From Octopus sinensis (Eukaryota), in the NCBI RefSeq assembly GCF_006345805.1, contig NC_043007.1:53816001-53880000 (forward strand): a stretch of 64,000 nucleotides of DNA, written 5' to 3'. Position numbers and translations under genes: made by a program. Positions 24,501-37,069 of the stretch are shown piece after piece (the first letter of the stretch is position 1; each line of letters begins with the position of its first letter). Under the pieces are notes generated by a model that made no database searches, had not been told where the DNA came from, and was given only the letters and a program-made list of their open reading frames with translations.

Positions 24501-25526
24501 GCTGGTATGGTCATGTGGCGAGAATGGACGAAGATAGGTGTGTGAAAAAGTGCCACACCCTGGCAGTTGAGGGGACCTGTGGAAGAGGTAGACCCAGGAA
24601 AACCTGGGTCGAGGTGGTGAAGCACGACCTTCGAACTCTAGGTCTCACCAAGGAAATGACCAGAGACCGAGACCTATGGAAGTATGCTGTGCGTGAGAAG
24701 ACCCGGCAAGACCAGTGAGAACAATCAAAATCAAATCATATATCAGAAAGCAGGGGTTAAGTGACGCATCCGTTCGTGTCCACTGCCAGCCTCGTCTGGC
24801 ACCCGTGTCGGTGATACGTAAAAGCACCATTCGCTCGTGGCCGTTTGCCAGCTCTGTCTGGCCCCTGTGTCGGTGGCACGTAAAAGCACCATCCGTTCGT
24901 GTTCGTTGCTAGCCTCAGCTGGCCCCCGTGCCGGTGACACATAAAAGCACCGTCCGTTCATGGCCGTTTGCCAGCTCAGTCTGACCCCGTGTCGGTGGCA
25001 CATAAAAGCACCATCCGCTCATGTTTGTTGCCAGCCTCGGCTGGCCCCCGTGCCAGTGACACGTAAAAGCACCGTCCGTTCATGGCCGTTTGCCAGCTCT
25101 GTCTGGCCCTGTGTCGGTGGCACGTAAAAGCACCATCCGTTCGTGTCCGTTGCCAGCCGCGGCTGACCCCCGTGCCGGTGACATGTAAAAGCCCCGTCCA
25201 TTCGTGGCCGTTTGCCAGCTCTGTCTGGCCCCGTGTCGGTGGCACGTAAAAGCACCATCCGTTCGTGTTCGTTGCCAGCATCGCCTGGCCCCGTGCCGAT
25301 GACACGTAAAAGCACCATCCGTTCGTGGCCGTTGTGCCAGCTCTGTCTGGCACCTGTGCAGGTGGCACGTAAAAAACACCCACTACACTCGTGGAGTGGT
25401 TGGCGTTAGGAAGGGCATCCAACCGTAGAAACACTGCCAAATCTGACTGGGCCTGATGAAGCCTTCCGGCTTCACAGACCCCAGTTAAACCGTCCAACCC
25501 ATGCTAGCATGGAAAACGGACGCTAA

Positions 25527-25558
<32 letters not shown>
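21600..25558 (+). mobile_element. Near full-length RTE-clade LINE (APE, RT, PHD-like finger), recently inactivated
   Basis: APE motifs RIGTLNVGTL, CCVQEVRW, GDFNGHVG and QIDYIL; RT motifs QFGF, FVDMEKAFDRV, GVHQGSVLSP and LLYADDL; C-terminal GRGRPRKTW; minisatellite 3' UTR; (ATG)n tail. A few stops (22519, about 22687) and frameshifts. The 5' boundary is uncertain. Confidence 0.95.
24767..25381 (+). repeat. Minisatellite, 10 units of ~61 bp arranged as alternating A/B dimers
   Basis: The core g(g/a)cacgtaaaagcacc recurs 10 times. Odd units carry ggtgacac and even units carry ggtggcac. Confidence 0.9.
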
Positions 25559-25739
25559 AACAATAATAATAGTAATAATAATAGATATATAAATAAAATT
25601 AAAAAATAAACAAATAAATAAAAATATATAAAAAATATAAATAAAAAAATAAAAATGTATATAGTTATTTACTTCCATTTGATTATTTATCTATTTTATT
25701 TCATTATGTTTTCAGTTTTGTTTATATTGTAACTAGTTT

Positions 25740-27100
25740 ATGGGGATCCTCTTCTGTCATATGTTGTGGTGTGTGCTAGTGTTCCATTTCTAAACATCAA
25801 AAGAGTCTGGACACTGACTGTTTGATAAAACATGCTTTCATTCCTGCATGAAAGGAAATGATGACTTAACATTTTATGAGGCATACCAATTCTTTCTAGA
25901 ACTATATAGAGAGCATTTCTATTAACAGTATTAATCACTTTGGTTAGATCTATAAAAAACATATACAGTCCCTAATTTTTCTCAACAACTTTCTCAGCAA
26001 CTTGATAAAATGAAATCATATCAGTGTTGCTGGATAAATGGATAAATGTCATCGATATTGTGCTCAATTATAGTGTTAAGAAATATTATTGCTAAGAGTT
26101 TTCCTATAATACACAGGAGAGAGATGCAGACTACTTTTCTTCCCTTGTTGTTGAAGAGATGCATTATGGGTGCATCCTTGTTTTTCTGTGATGCATGTCC
26201 AAAACTCCAGATGACTTCAAAAAAGCTCAAAAAACTTTTGCACCAACTTTTTTGCTACTATATTTGAAGAGTCCATGTGGAATGCCATATTTACATGATG
26301 CTTTGTTTGATGACATTTGTGTTATGGCATCTTGAATTTCCACTAAACATGATTCAAGAGACATCTCCAAGATTTCTGGTCTTTGAGAAATGGAATCAGC
26401 CACACTATCATTCATGACAGAATTGTAATTCCTAACAGCTTTCTATTGGGAAGAAAATTAACCTTTTCAGTCAGAAGACTCTAACCCTCAGAAGGCAGAA
26501 CAGAAGCCAAACCATTTTCTAAGGGAATAAATACCTTTTTGAGACCTACATAGAAAGCTTTGGAGCTTATTCATTGCTTCAAAACACCTTCATTCTTCTG
26601 AGAGCAGTTTGCACCTGTTTCTGCATACCTTGTATGCTCACTTGTTGATGTTGGATTGTTTATCATTGATCTAATCATTGAGTGAATCATGCATATTTTT
26701 GATAAGGTACTAAACATCTTGATAAGGTGCTGTTATTAAACCAATCTTGATGTTTCCTGATATCATCAGTTATTTGTACTGAATCAAGAGAGGTTTCAAG
26801 TTGATCAGATAACTCTTTATTAATATGGCTGGATTTCAATGGCAAAACACTGATGCTAAAGATCAATGCCTGAAAGATAGCAAGTGATGTTAAAGTCCTT
26901 CTGTGATTATGTAAACAATCAAATGTCAAACCTTTGATCTCAGATGCATCCAAATTGCTTTGTTGCTCTTTGAGTTGAAAATATTGGTGATTGCTAGGCC
27001 AAATTTTCTGCAAAGTGAAAGAAGATATAGACCATTTGAGTTCATTCACTCCATGTGGACTGAGAATATTAGAATGTTTGGTGGTCAGCACCTACTTCAG
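25740..27100 (-). mobile_element. Old BovB/RTE-1-like LINE relic
   Basis: Minus-strand fragments FIDLTKVINTVNR (FIDLTKAFDTVNR-like), ITQMSSNKASCKYGIP (KAPG.DGIP-like) and RKHQDWFN. Confidence 0.6.
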
Positions 27101-27489
27101 CATTGAAGTATCAACAATGTACTATCCATTATATATTGAATATGGTTACTAATTTTTCTTAAAATATTAATTAAACATCCTGCCTCCCATTATTTCTCCC
27201 ATTCAGTTGCCAATAAGTTAAATCATTTGACCTATATTAGATGTTGATAAAGCTTACAATACATTCACTTTTTTATATTTTATTATGGTTAGACTGAGTT
27301 TAAATATGATGGGAATTCTTACCATGTCATATCTCATTAGCACCTCAGTATTTCTATCTTCCCCTCCACTGTATTTTTCCCTTTGCCCAGTATGGACTTT
27401 GTTCAGTTATCAATAGTTCTCTCTTCTATAACCTTTTCAGAGTGTGGGTATGCCTTGAGAACGATATGCTGGAGTTTATGTTTTAGATC

Positions 27490-28320
27490 CAAGAGGTGGT
27501 ATCAAAAAATGTCTGGACTAGTTCTGTAGCACACCAACAGATGGCAGCACACAGTTGCATGCATAGTGAGAGCTAGTAGTGAACTTCATGAGACTGTGTG
27601 CTGAGTGACATTGCTGTGTTTACTTCACAAGTTGTGAAATTTATGCTTTTGTAATCATGTGTATGCTGTAGTCTGTGATTTTGTCATGGACAAGAAGTTG
27701 GAACAAAGAGCCAACATGAAATTTTGCATTAAACTTAGGAAGTCTGCTACAGAGACATTGAGCATGCTTTGGCAAGCTTACAGTGATGAGGCAATGACTT
27801 GACACAGTGTTTCGAGTGGCATGAGTGCTTCTAAAAGTGGAAGAATATCCCTGGAAGACAATGCATGATCTGGAAGGCCTGCCATGAGCATCACTCTTGG
27901 AAATGTGGTATTGTGCATTGGGAATTTGTCCCCCAATACCAGACTATCAACCAAAAATGCTAGTGCAATGTTTTGAAGCATCTGAGGGAGGACATGGATT
28001 CTTCATGACGACAATGCATCCTATTGTCAAGCTCTCCTCACTCACAAGTTTCTTGCCAAAAACAACATGGTATCATTTCCACACCCAGCCTATTCACCAG
28101 ATTTAGCACCTCTCCCCCAAGATGAAAATGCAGTTCAAATGTTGCTGTTTTAACATCATTGTTGAGATCCAGAGCAAATCACAGAAGATCTTTAACTTGC
28201 TTATAGAAAATGACTTGTAGCTGGATTCCAAATGGCAGGAATGCTGGGACTGGTGTATTGCTGTACAAGGTGACTATTTTGAAGGAGATTATATTGAAAG
28301 TTAAGTAGATAAGTTATTTT
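27490..28320 (+). mobile_element. Mariner (Mos1/SETMAR-like) deletion derivative
   Basis: N-terminal EQRANMKFCIKLRKSATETLSMLWQAY, HDDNA and PHPAYSPDLAP (28080-28112). The central catalytic region is missing. Confidence 0.8.
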
Positions 28321-29031
28321 TTATGAAAGTGTTGTGGCAAGAGTCATTGACACCCTTGTGGTACTGGAAGAATGGACTACCTGAACTCTTATCAAAAGTA
28401 GCATATTGCTTCAGATGAGAGAAGTCGTAGGAGTTGTTGAGATTATTGAGAGTTTTTATTTATTGGAGTATCATGTTTAGTGGAGTAATTCGAAGTACAT
28501 CATGTGAAGACAGTTGTGTCTATCCCTGCTTTGTGAATTCTATATATCCCATGTATAGAAGGATATAAAAGAAACAAAACGTAAAGATTATTTGCCGGCA
28601 TAATGTGGCAGTCCTGGTTGGGATGAATGTTACTGTTGTTTTAGCCCCAGGAAACATCATCTCCAACTGGCTATATGACACATTATCTATTTTAGAATAG
28701 GGGAGTTTAGCGCCCCCACTCAGCCCAAAGCAATATCTGTGGCCAGCAGTTTCTGGGTTATTTCTCTTCCTCAGCACAGAATAACTGCCTGGCTGAGATC
28801 GCGCTGCCATCTCAGTTTCTGAGTTTGAAAGAAATAAGAAGGGGAAAAAGATGATGACAATGATGATGATGATGATGAAGAAGAAGAAGGTAAAGCAAAA
28901 ATAAAGTATGTGGTATGCCGTTATGATAAAATAATAAAACTAGCAACAACAGCAACAAAACAAATAGCAATGATAATAACATTGGTTTAAAATTTTAGCG
29001 GAAGGACAAATATCAAGTATACTAATACTGA

Positions 29032-29186
29032 TGCTGCTGCTGCCGCTGCTGCTGCCACTGCTGCTGCCGCTGCTGCTGCCGCCGCTGCTGCCGCCGCTGC
29101 TGCTGCCGCCGCTGCTGCTGCCGCCGCTGCTGCTGCTGCCGCTGCTGCTGCTACTGCTACCGCTACTGCTGCTGCCGCTGCTGCTG
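29032..29186. repeat. Interrupted GCT/GCC (CAG/CGG) trinucleotide tract
   Basis: Directly visible, about 52 triplets. Confidence 0.95.
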
Positions 29187-29299
29187 AAGTATTTTGTCTT
29201 CTTGGAGGTGGGGGGAAACAGTCATGGAAAATGTCCATGTCCCTTCACCATGAGGTGAGGAGAGAGTCTAGGGTGGGGACATCCATGCGTTCTGTACAT

Positions 29300-30350
29300 T
29301 GGCTGGTCTGATGCTTCTGTCATTTCACAGAACAATAGATTCCTGAATGTCAATCCATTCCCCACACAGCCAAGCATCTACCAAATCAGTGCATTGGTAC
29401 ACTGTTTCCCTCTTTCAAAGTTTTACTTGTGAAGTTTGGGCAGCACGTTTTTCCTGTGCATCCTCACAGTCCCACAGGCTCCCCACCTAAAGCTGCAGGA
29501 AGAGGTCTGGATTGGAAAACCAGTTGTCCATATAAATATTGTAGCCTTTGTCAAACAAGTTTTCATTCTGTTGATCCAATCTGTCCTGACCATAGATTTT
29601 GTAATTTCACGTGTACCCACAGGCTCTGCCTGTTGACTGGCATACTTTATAAAACCTTAGCTCCAAAGCAGGCACACTTGATTGGGTTGTATTGTTTGAA
29701 TAGGAGCCTTCCCTTGAATTTCCACAAACTCTCATCCATACAAATTTCCTGTGTGGGGACATAAACCATTCTGAAATTTTCAACCACTTCATCAATGATA
29801 GGACGTATTTTGTGCAGCCTGTCATCCTTGTTCTTGCCTGAGTTGAAATGTAGATTTTGAAGAAGCACCAAAAATCAGTCACATGGCATCGTTTCCAGGA
29901 AGAAAGGTGTCGATGTGGCTGGATCCTGATTCCTAGGATTGGTTTTTTCAAGATGCCCATCAGTATCAGCAGGGCAAGTAGAACTTTGATTTTGTCCCCA
30001 GTGGTTGGAAACCAATCCCTGTTATACCTAGGTATGACATGCTGGCGATGGTTTTCAACGTAGTCATTTGTTTTGTCTGCTATATATTGGAACATTTCAT
30101 TTGTCAAAAACTTGTGGAAGATTTCCAATGGTGTACTTCCATGTTCAAGGTTTGCCTTTACATGCATACCAGTAAACCCATGCTGTTGGACAAAATTGTC
30201 TCTCACTTGCCACACAACATTCTGTTGTCCAGAGCCATTCACTGCTGCCTGCCTGTACCTTTGATTCACCAGAATATCATCATCGCTTCTGAACTAGGAA
30301 AATGCTCATTCTCTGAAAATCTTCTGAACCAGAAGAAACAACTGGTGAAG
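29300..30350 (-). mobile_element. piggyBac (PGBD4-like) transposase relic
   Basis: LLALLILMGI, DRLHKIRPIID, ICMDESLWKFKGRL and YMDNWF (rc of about 29510-29535). Frameshifted; TTAA-flanked TIRs were not identified. Confidence 0.85.
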
Positions 30351-30574
30351 TGATAGAGCTTGGTGTAGCTTGGTGTGATGACTGTAAATTCAATGAAAAG
30401 TTGATTGAGCTGGAGTGGTAGGACACAATGATCGTAAATTTGACAAAACAGGACATGATAACAAAGTAGACAGAGCTGGAGTGGTAGGACCAGACTATCA
30501 GGTTCTAAATATTTACATGAAATATCTAATTGGTCTATCAGTTGGCAGGTGAACCAGTACTAACTCAGGTGACA

Positions 30575-30730
30575 GGTTCTAAGTCAGGTGGCATATAATT
30601 ACATCAACCCAGTATGTAACTGGTACTTATTTCATTGACCTCAAAAGGATGACAGGTAAAGTCAATCTTGGTGGACTTTGAACTCAGAACATTACAAAGG
30701 AAGAAATCCCACTAAGCAATTTGTTCAGAG
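30575..30730 (-). mobile_element. tRNA-type SINE fragment
   Basis: The minus strand has a B-box-like gagttcaaagtcc followed by a catccttttgaggtcaatgaaataagtacc body. Confidence 0.55.
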
Positions 30731-30765
30731 TGGTGGTGGTGGTGATGATGATGATGATGATGATG

Positions 30766-31467
30766 ATCATCATCATCATCGTTTAAAGTCCGTTTTCCGC
30801 GCTAGCACGGGTTGGACGGTTCGACCGGGGTCTGGGAAGCCAGGGGCCGCTCCAGGCTCCAGTCTGATCTGGCAGAGTTTCTACGGCTGGATGCCCTTTC
30901 TAACGCCAACCACTCCGTGAGTGGAGTGGGTGCTTTTTACGTTCCACCTGCACAGGGGCCGGGGGGGTCCGGCATCGGTCACGATCGGTTCGAGCTTTTA
31001 ACGTGCCAGCGGCACGGGAGCCAGCTGGCAACGTTCGGATGGTCTTACCGGCACAGAGGCCAGTCGGGGCAGTGCTGGCATCGGCCACGTTCGGATAGTA
31101 CTTTTTATGTGCCACCGGCACAGGCATCATAACTCCTATTTCCATTGATATTTATTTCGACGTTCATGTTCATGTACTTGACTCAACAGGTCTCCTCAGG
31201 CACAGCAGGACGATCTGGGATCCGGGGTACTTTGAATGGGCAGGGGCTATGTGGAACTGATGCAGGAAGCAGCCCGGGTCTTTGCAGTCACAGCATATCT
31301 CCAGAGATCTCGGTCCTTCGCCATTGCCTCAGTGAGGCCCAATGCTCTGAGGTCACGCTTGACTACCTCATCCCATGTCTTCCTGGGTCTACCTCTCCCC
31401 CTGATACCTTCAACTGTTTGGGAGTGGCACTTCTTCACACATCTCTCTTCATCCATCTGCAGCACAA
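30766..31467 (-). mobile_element. RTE LINE, 5'-truncated copy
   Basis: (CAT)n tail, four diverged cacgtaaaa-type repeat units and a C-terminal ORF piece (GRGRPRKTWDEVVK, 31247-31465). Confidence 0.9.
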
Positions 31468-32513
31468 AATTAAAATATAATTAGGAGCTTTCTTAAGGAA
31501 AGAGAAATGAATAGAAGCTGCTTTAAGACCTATGATGGGGGTGTAGTGATGTGGATGAGTGGGTGGTGGTTGAGTCACATGCAATAAAACTCAAGGCATA
31601 CATCAAAGCAATGGCTAGTGACTTTCGACCTCCACATGGGATGAAAGTTAGAAGGGATACAGAGTTTGTAGGAACAAGTGGGCCAAACTGAATGAATAAA
31701 TAAGTGAATGGATGAATTTAAAATAGTTTAAAAAGGCTAATGTTAAAATCCGATTGAACTTGAAGTTAAAAATATGATTTGAATTAAAATTAGATAGAAG
31801 AAAATAAAGATTAAACTCAAAATTAGAATGAAAAATTATTAAGCTGACAAATAGCTAAATTGTGAGCTAGTTGGTAACTTAGTTACAGCTGCTGTTTTTG
31901 AAAGGTTAGAGTAGTTTAATATCAATGATTGGAGGGTTAAAAGGAGATGATTCACCATGCCATATTGTAATGAAGTTGAAAGTGTTCTCTGTAAGTTCTA
32001 GTACCTCAACAGCTGTCTCCAGAAAATGGAAGAAAGAGAATTAAAGTCCAAACTCGGAATCCATAAACAGGAAGCTGGTAAGTAGTCCAATTACAAGTGA
32101 GTAGAGTCAGGCAAGCTGGAAGATATTAACTAGCTAATTCCCTGTGAAGAGCTTAGGGTGTTAGAGGGTGAAGGAACAAAAATATAGGGCAAAAGTACAA
32201 AAATACAAAGGAATAAATTGAAGTGAGGGAGTGCATGAAAGGGCTCCATCAAAGAGGTGGAAAATTCATCAATAAGTATTGTGAATGATAATTTACAACA
32301 AAAGATATAAGTTATGTGGGTTTACATGCAGTCATATGCCTCACAGTTGAGGTTGTGGAAGATCAAAGAAACTAGAGAAAGATTTGAGAGCTATAGAGGA
32401 TAGAGGGTCTCTCCTACATGCTAACTACCTGATAAAATCATATATAGATTTTATCCTTAATTTTAATATATATATATATATATCAAATAAAATCAAAAAC
32501 AAAACACAAAGGA

Positions 32514-32830
32514 TGTCGCGGTACACATGTTTCAAGCTTTATAAACGACCTATTCTTACATCAGTGTATAATAGATATAAAGGATGGTTTAAAGCTCTCT
32601 TCAGCTGCATGCAATTGTTATTCCAATCTTGTATGTTGGATATATAATATAACGAAGCAGTGGGGAAGAAAGTATTTACACGATGCACTACTATTAATAT
32701 TACATGAGACTCAACGCTCACTGTGAACTGCTTACTAACCCAATCTGCCAATCACTCACAGTTCTTTACTTTATAACAATGAGTCAGTCCACCTTTAGTC
32801 ACTTGAGGGGTGGTCCCCTTTTTAGAGTCA
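32514..32830 (-). repeat. Putative 3' LTR
   Basis: On the minus strand it starts TGAC right after the purine tract and ends CGACA. No second LTR was found. Confidence 0.45.
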
Positions 32831-33134
32831 ATCTCCCCTATCTTCTCTCCTTTTGAGAATTGAGTTTTAATATCTGTTATTCTGAATTTTAATATCTGTT
32901 ATGCTTAGGGTTCAATTCCAGTGTTTCTGTTGTTTTCCGTTTTCTGGTGCTTGAATATGTAGTTTCAAATTTTTTGGGTGTTGGTACCTCAAATGTGTCA
33001 GGCAATATTTTCATGTTGTACAATACTTCCATTTCTCATGACTATTTTTCCATGAATCTTTTTTTAAGTTGGTTAATATGACTTTTATGTTCAATATTTT
33101 TTTCCTTTTACCAGGAATAACATTCTTCCAATTT

Positions 33135-33530
33135 CATCATCATCATCGTTTAACGTCCGTTTTCCATGCTAGCATGGATTGGACAGTTCAACCAGGGTCT
33201 GGGAAGCCAGGAGGCTGTGCCAGGCTCCAGTCTGATCTGGCAGTGTTTCTACAGCTTGATGCCCTTCCTAACGCCAACCACTCCGTGAGTGTAGTGGGTG
33301 CTTTTTACATGCCACCGGCACAGGGGCCAGAGGAGGCAGGCAAACGGCCACGATCGGTTGGTGCTTTTTACGTGTCACCAACATGGACGCCAGTCAGGTG
33401 GTGCTGGCATCAGCCACATTCAGATGGTGCTTTTTGCATGCCACCGGCATGGGTATCTTAACTACAATTTCCATTGATTTTTATTCTGATGGTGGTGTTG
33501 ACGAACTTGACTCAATAGGTCCTCAAGAAC
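33135..33530 (-). mobile_element. RTE 3' tail fragment nested in the Gypsy relic
   Basis: catcatcatcgtttaacgtcc...gatgcccttcctaacgccaacc plus three repeat units. Confidence 0.85.
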
Positions 33531-36500
33531 AGTGTGTCACTCTAATTTTTTCACAGTAAAAATAATCATTAGAGCTTCTTTTTCGATTTGACTATAATTT
33601 TTCTCTGCTGCTACAAAAATCTCCACTGCAGGATGGAAGTGTGCTAACAGCAAATCAGATATTAGAATTTAAAAAAAATTTTTGTCATACACCTTTTGAC
33701 AGTTCTCAGACCAATTCCATCTCATCTTTTTCAACAGATTATTTAATAGAAACCTCACCTTATGCATATCTGGAATATAATTTTGGCAATAATTTGCCAG
33801 TCCTAAAATGCTTGTAAGGTCGTTATATTTGTTGGGGGGGGGCATATTTTTAATTGTGTCTGCCCTTGATGGGTCTGGTTGACATCCATTTCTGTCAATG
33901 ATTTGTCCTAAATATCACATTTTTGGTAAGAAAAATTCACACTTTTCTTCACTCAAAGTAAAGCCATAATACCTAATTTTTTTGAATTCATATTTTACAT
34001 GTTTTACGTGTTGATCCCTGGATTTGCTTTTAATGAGTATACCATCCGGATAGGGAATTGCATATTCACAGTCTGCTAACATTGCAAAATCACTGGTGCA
34101 AAATCACTGTTGAAAAATCACTGGTGTGACTTTTAAGTCCTTTATGTATGTTAATTGTTAGGTGTTTAGAGCATTTGTCATCTGCTATAATTTGTAGGTA
34201 TGTATCAGAGAGATCCAATTTAGAAAATATCTTGCCACTGTTTAATTTTGCAAAAAATCTTCCGGGGTAGGTAGCGGATTGTGGCATGTTTTAAGACATT
34301 CATTTAAACCTGTAGAAATATCAGCGCACACTCTGATTTTATTATTCTTTTTTTTAGCATATACAGTTGATGATGACCATTGACTATTCCACTTTTTGGA
34401 TAACTCCAATTTTTCTAGTTTCTAACTCTAAGTTTATCTGTTCTAACGCTGCAATTGGTACAGTTCATTTTGGTTTAAATGTTGGTATGACGTTTTCTTG
34501 TATTTGAAACTGCACCCTTGTTTTAGTGCACAGACCTAATTTATCAGACAGAACTTAAAAAAAAAGAATATAAAAATTTTTTTTATTTTATCTGATGACT
34601 TATTCACAAAAGCCATTCACATTTTTACAGAAAAGATTTATGGGGAAGTCCTATAAGTTAAATAATTCCATGCAGTCAGGACTGAATAAATTTATGGTAT
34701 TATCTAACACAAAAACTTTAGCTTCTAAAGTTTTTTCACGAAATGTAATGTTACTTATCAATTTGCTCTTAAAATATAGTTTTTTTCCTGAAACACCATA
34801 GGCAATTTTTGACGTTTTATTTAATCTAGGTCTCCCATTTTTTCCCCATGTATCTGTTAATTATTGAGTTATCGCTGCCTGTATCCAATTGTAAAATCAG
34901 AGTGTGTGCTGATATTTCTACAGGTTTAAATGAATGTCTTAAAACATGCCACTATCCGCTACCTACCCCGGAAGATATTTTTGCAAAATTAATTGTTATT
35001 GATTTTTTACATACACAAATTTCTTTTGAGGCTCATTCATATTTTTTGTCACCAAAAACCTATTTATGTGATTTTTTCTGTTGAGCCATTTTTTAGGTTC
35101 TGTCCTACCTTGTGACTTTTTATGGCCTGTTTTCCCACTCTTGAAGTATTTTATATTTTTAAACTGAGAGTTATCTCTAAAATGTAGACCACTGCAGCCA
35201 TACCATAGATTTAGTCCAGACATTTTTTTTATCTGATACCAGTTGACATGCTTGAATATGAGAGCAATCTTTCTCTTTAATTCTATTTGCACAGTGTCAT
35301 AAATTTATAATCCTTTGACATTCTTCTGCTACTACCTGTACGTTTTGGTCCTGTTCTAATTTTCTTAATATCCAGGACTGTATACCTGCATCTTTGTTTG
35401 CAGTAAGCCCTTGAATAAAAATTAAACACTTGAACATGTCAGGGGTCAACTCATTCAATTTGAATTTCTCTCACTCTCTGTTAACCACTCCAGCATAGGT
35501 GACAAAATCTTCATCATCTTTTTTGATCAAATTTAAACATTGCCAGCTGAACAGGGAACTTCTTCCACTGAAAATTTCTGATAAAATATTGTTTCATTAA
35601 AACATATCTCACCTAGTTTCTTCTGCAGAATATAGTTACTATATTTTTTGTGTTATGCAGGAGATAACTTTCTTAAAAGTAGTTGTACTCTTTTCTATTT
35701 AGACCAACTTTTACACTCTTCTTTGAAGATTTCTTTGTATCTACAAAAATATGCAGAGAAGGCAACCCCTTCTGGTTTATAGCAGAATTCTTCAATTGAG
35801 TTTGTTACACTATCTGGTGGTTACAAATCTGAAGTATTTTCAGACTCCTTCAACATTAATTCTGGCAACTGTTGGTTTTGTTGTTGCTGTTGTAGTTGCT
35901 GTTTTCTTTATTCAAAATTTGGACAGAACTTATGGGATGACCTGATAAATTGTGACCATTTCATTTAAAACTGCAAACAACCATATCGATTTCATTGAGA
36001 ATGCTTTGAGTATTAGCTATAGTCAATACATAACAGTGAGAACAAAGAAGCTAATCTGATTTTAACAAGAAATGAAATAACAAATCAGTTTAGTAAGACT
36101 AAATATGATATGATAATCTTTTAAATGCTACACTGGCACATTAATATTTCACCAGTTGCTACTCAAAGATAATGATAAAGATAGTTTTCGTTCACTTAAT
36201 ATTACAAGTTGAACTATGCACTGTTAACTATCAAGAGTTTAATTTTATTGATATTTGTTATCTTCAAAATTTTGTATCATGTTCTATCTTTGTTTTCAAA
36301 AAGGTCAAAGTGTGCTTTTAAAAAGTTTAAGTTTCACTTAACTGATAATGGATATGAAACATGTTTCCAATTTGAATCTCTAAGTGATAAATTAGCAGTG
36401 ATAACATTATTAGTTGAAATACGGCTAAAATCACCCTAAAACATGAATATTTTAATCCTGTTCATTGGTGGCAACATCTTATTCCATACATTAATGGTGG

Positions 36501-37069
36501 TATTCTGTTAGTTTTGTTTGTGTATGTAATAGGGAAGTACTGAAATAGTAAAGAGGGGATAAATTGTGAGTGTTTTGATTAAGTTTAAATCTTGAAGACA
36601 TAGTCACAGCATGGTCAGAAGAGTGGAACTGTTGCAATAGAAAACACAGGGAGGGTATTTCAGTTAGTTATCCAAGAGTGTTAATAAATGAAACTTTAAA
36701 ATATTCTTGAATATTTTCTAGTATTTGTGTGTATGTTATGTGTGATCGCTGAATTGCTCTAGCAAATTTGCACTTTGTCTCAGATTAATACTCCTTCAAA
36801 ACTTAAATATTTACTGCTGCTGAAGAGAAAAATCAGCCTTGCAAAACCCTCTTAGTTTTGTGATGTGTGATTAAAAATTCTCACTCATCCCAAGCTAGCT
36901 ATATTGAATATTTTGTCTGATGTTGCAAACATACTAGATACCTTTACCCTTCAAAAGTGAGATGATATGTTATTTCAAGAAGAAAGCATTGGGTACCAGA
37001 TCTCTAATATCTAACTGCTGATGCTGGCAAGCTCAGTGAACACAAAAACTCTCTTCTCATAAGCACTCA

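Larger units (their letters stand above)
32514..35950 (-). mobile_element. Ty3/Gypsy element relic (K02A2.6-like), rearranged
   Basis: Minus strand: gag region, zinc knuckle, protease LDTGSD (about 34870-34887), RT (FSKLDLSDTYLQ) and integrase tail. A polypurine tract (rc of 32833-32854) precedes a candidate 3' LTR. Confidence 0.75.

Noticed and set aside
24767-25381. CRISPR-like regular repeats
   Set aside because: The units are contiguous with no unique spacers, lie in a LINE 3' UTR and have no cas genes nearby in this eukaryotic context.
25450-25480. CTGATGA hammerhead-like core
   Set aside because: No GAAA box follows the stem, and other copies read ctggtgca at this position.
28330-28515. 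Possible solo LTR starting TGTTGTGG
   Set aside because: No matching end with a TSD could be found.
29031-29258. Leu/Pro-rich ORF as a signal-peptide first exon of the galectin
   Set aside because: It derives from a trinucleotide repeat, and its donor is phase 2 whereas the galectin exon starts in phase 0.
36100-36440. Possible SWIM-like or transposase relic on the minus strand
   Set aside because: Too many stops, and the motif is too weak to support a call.
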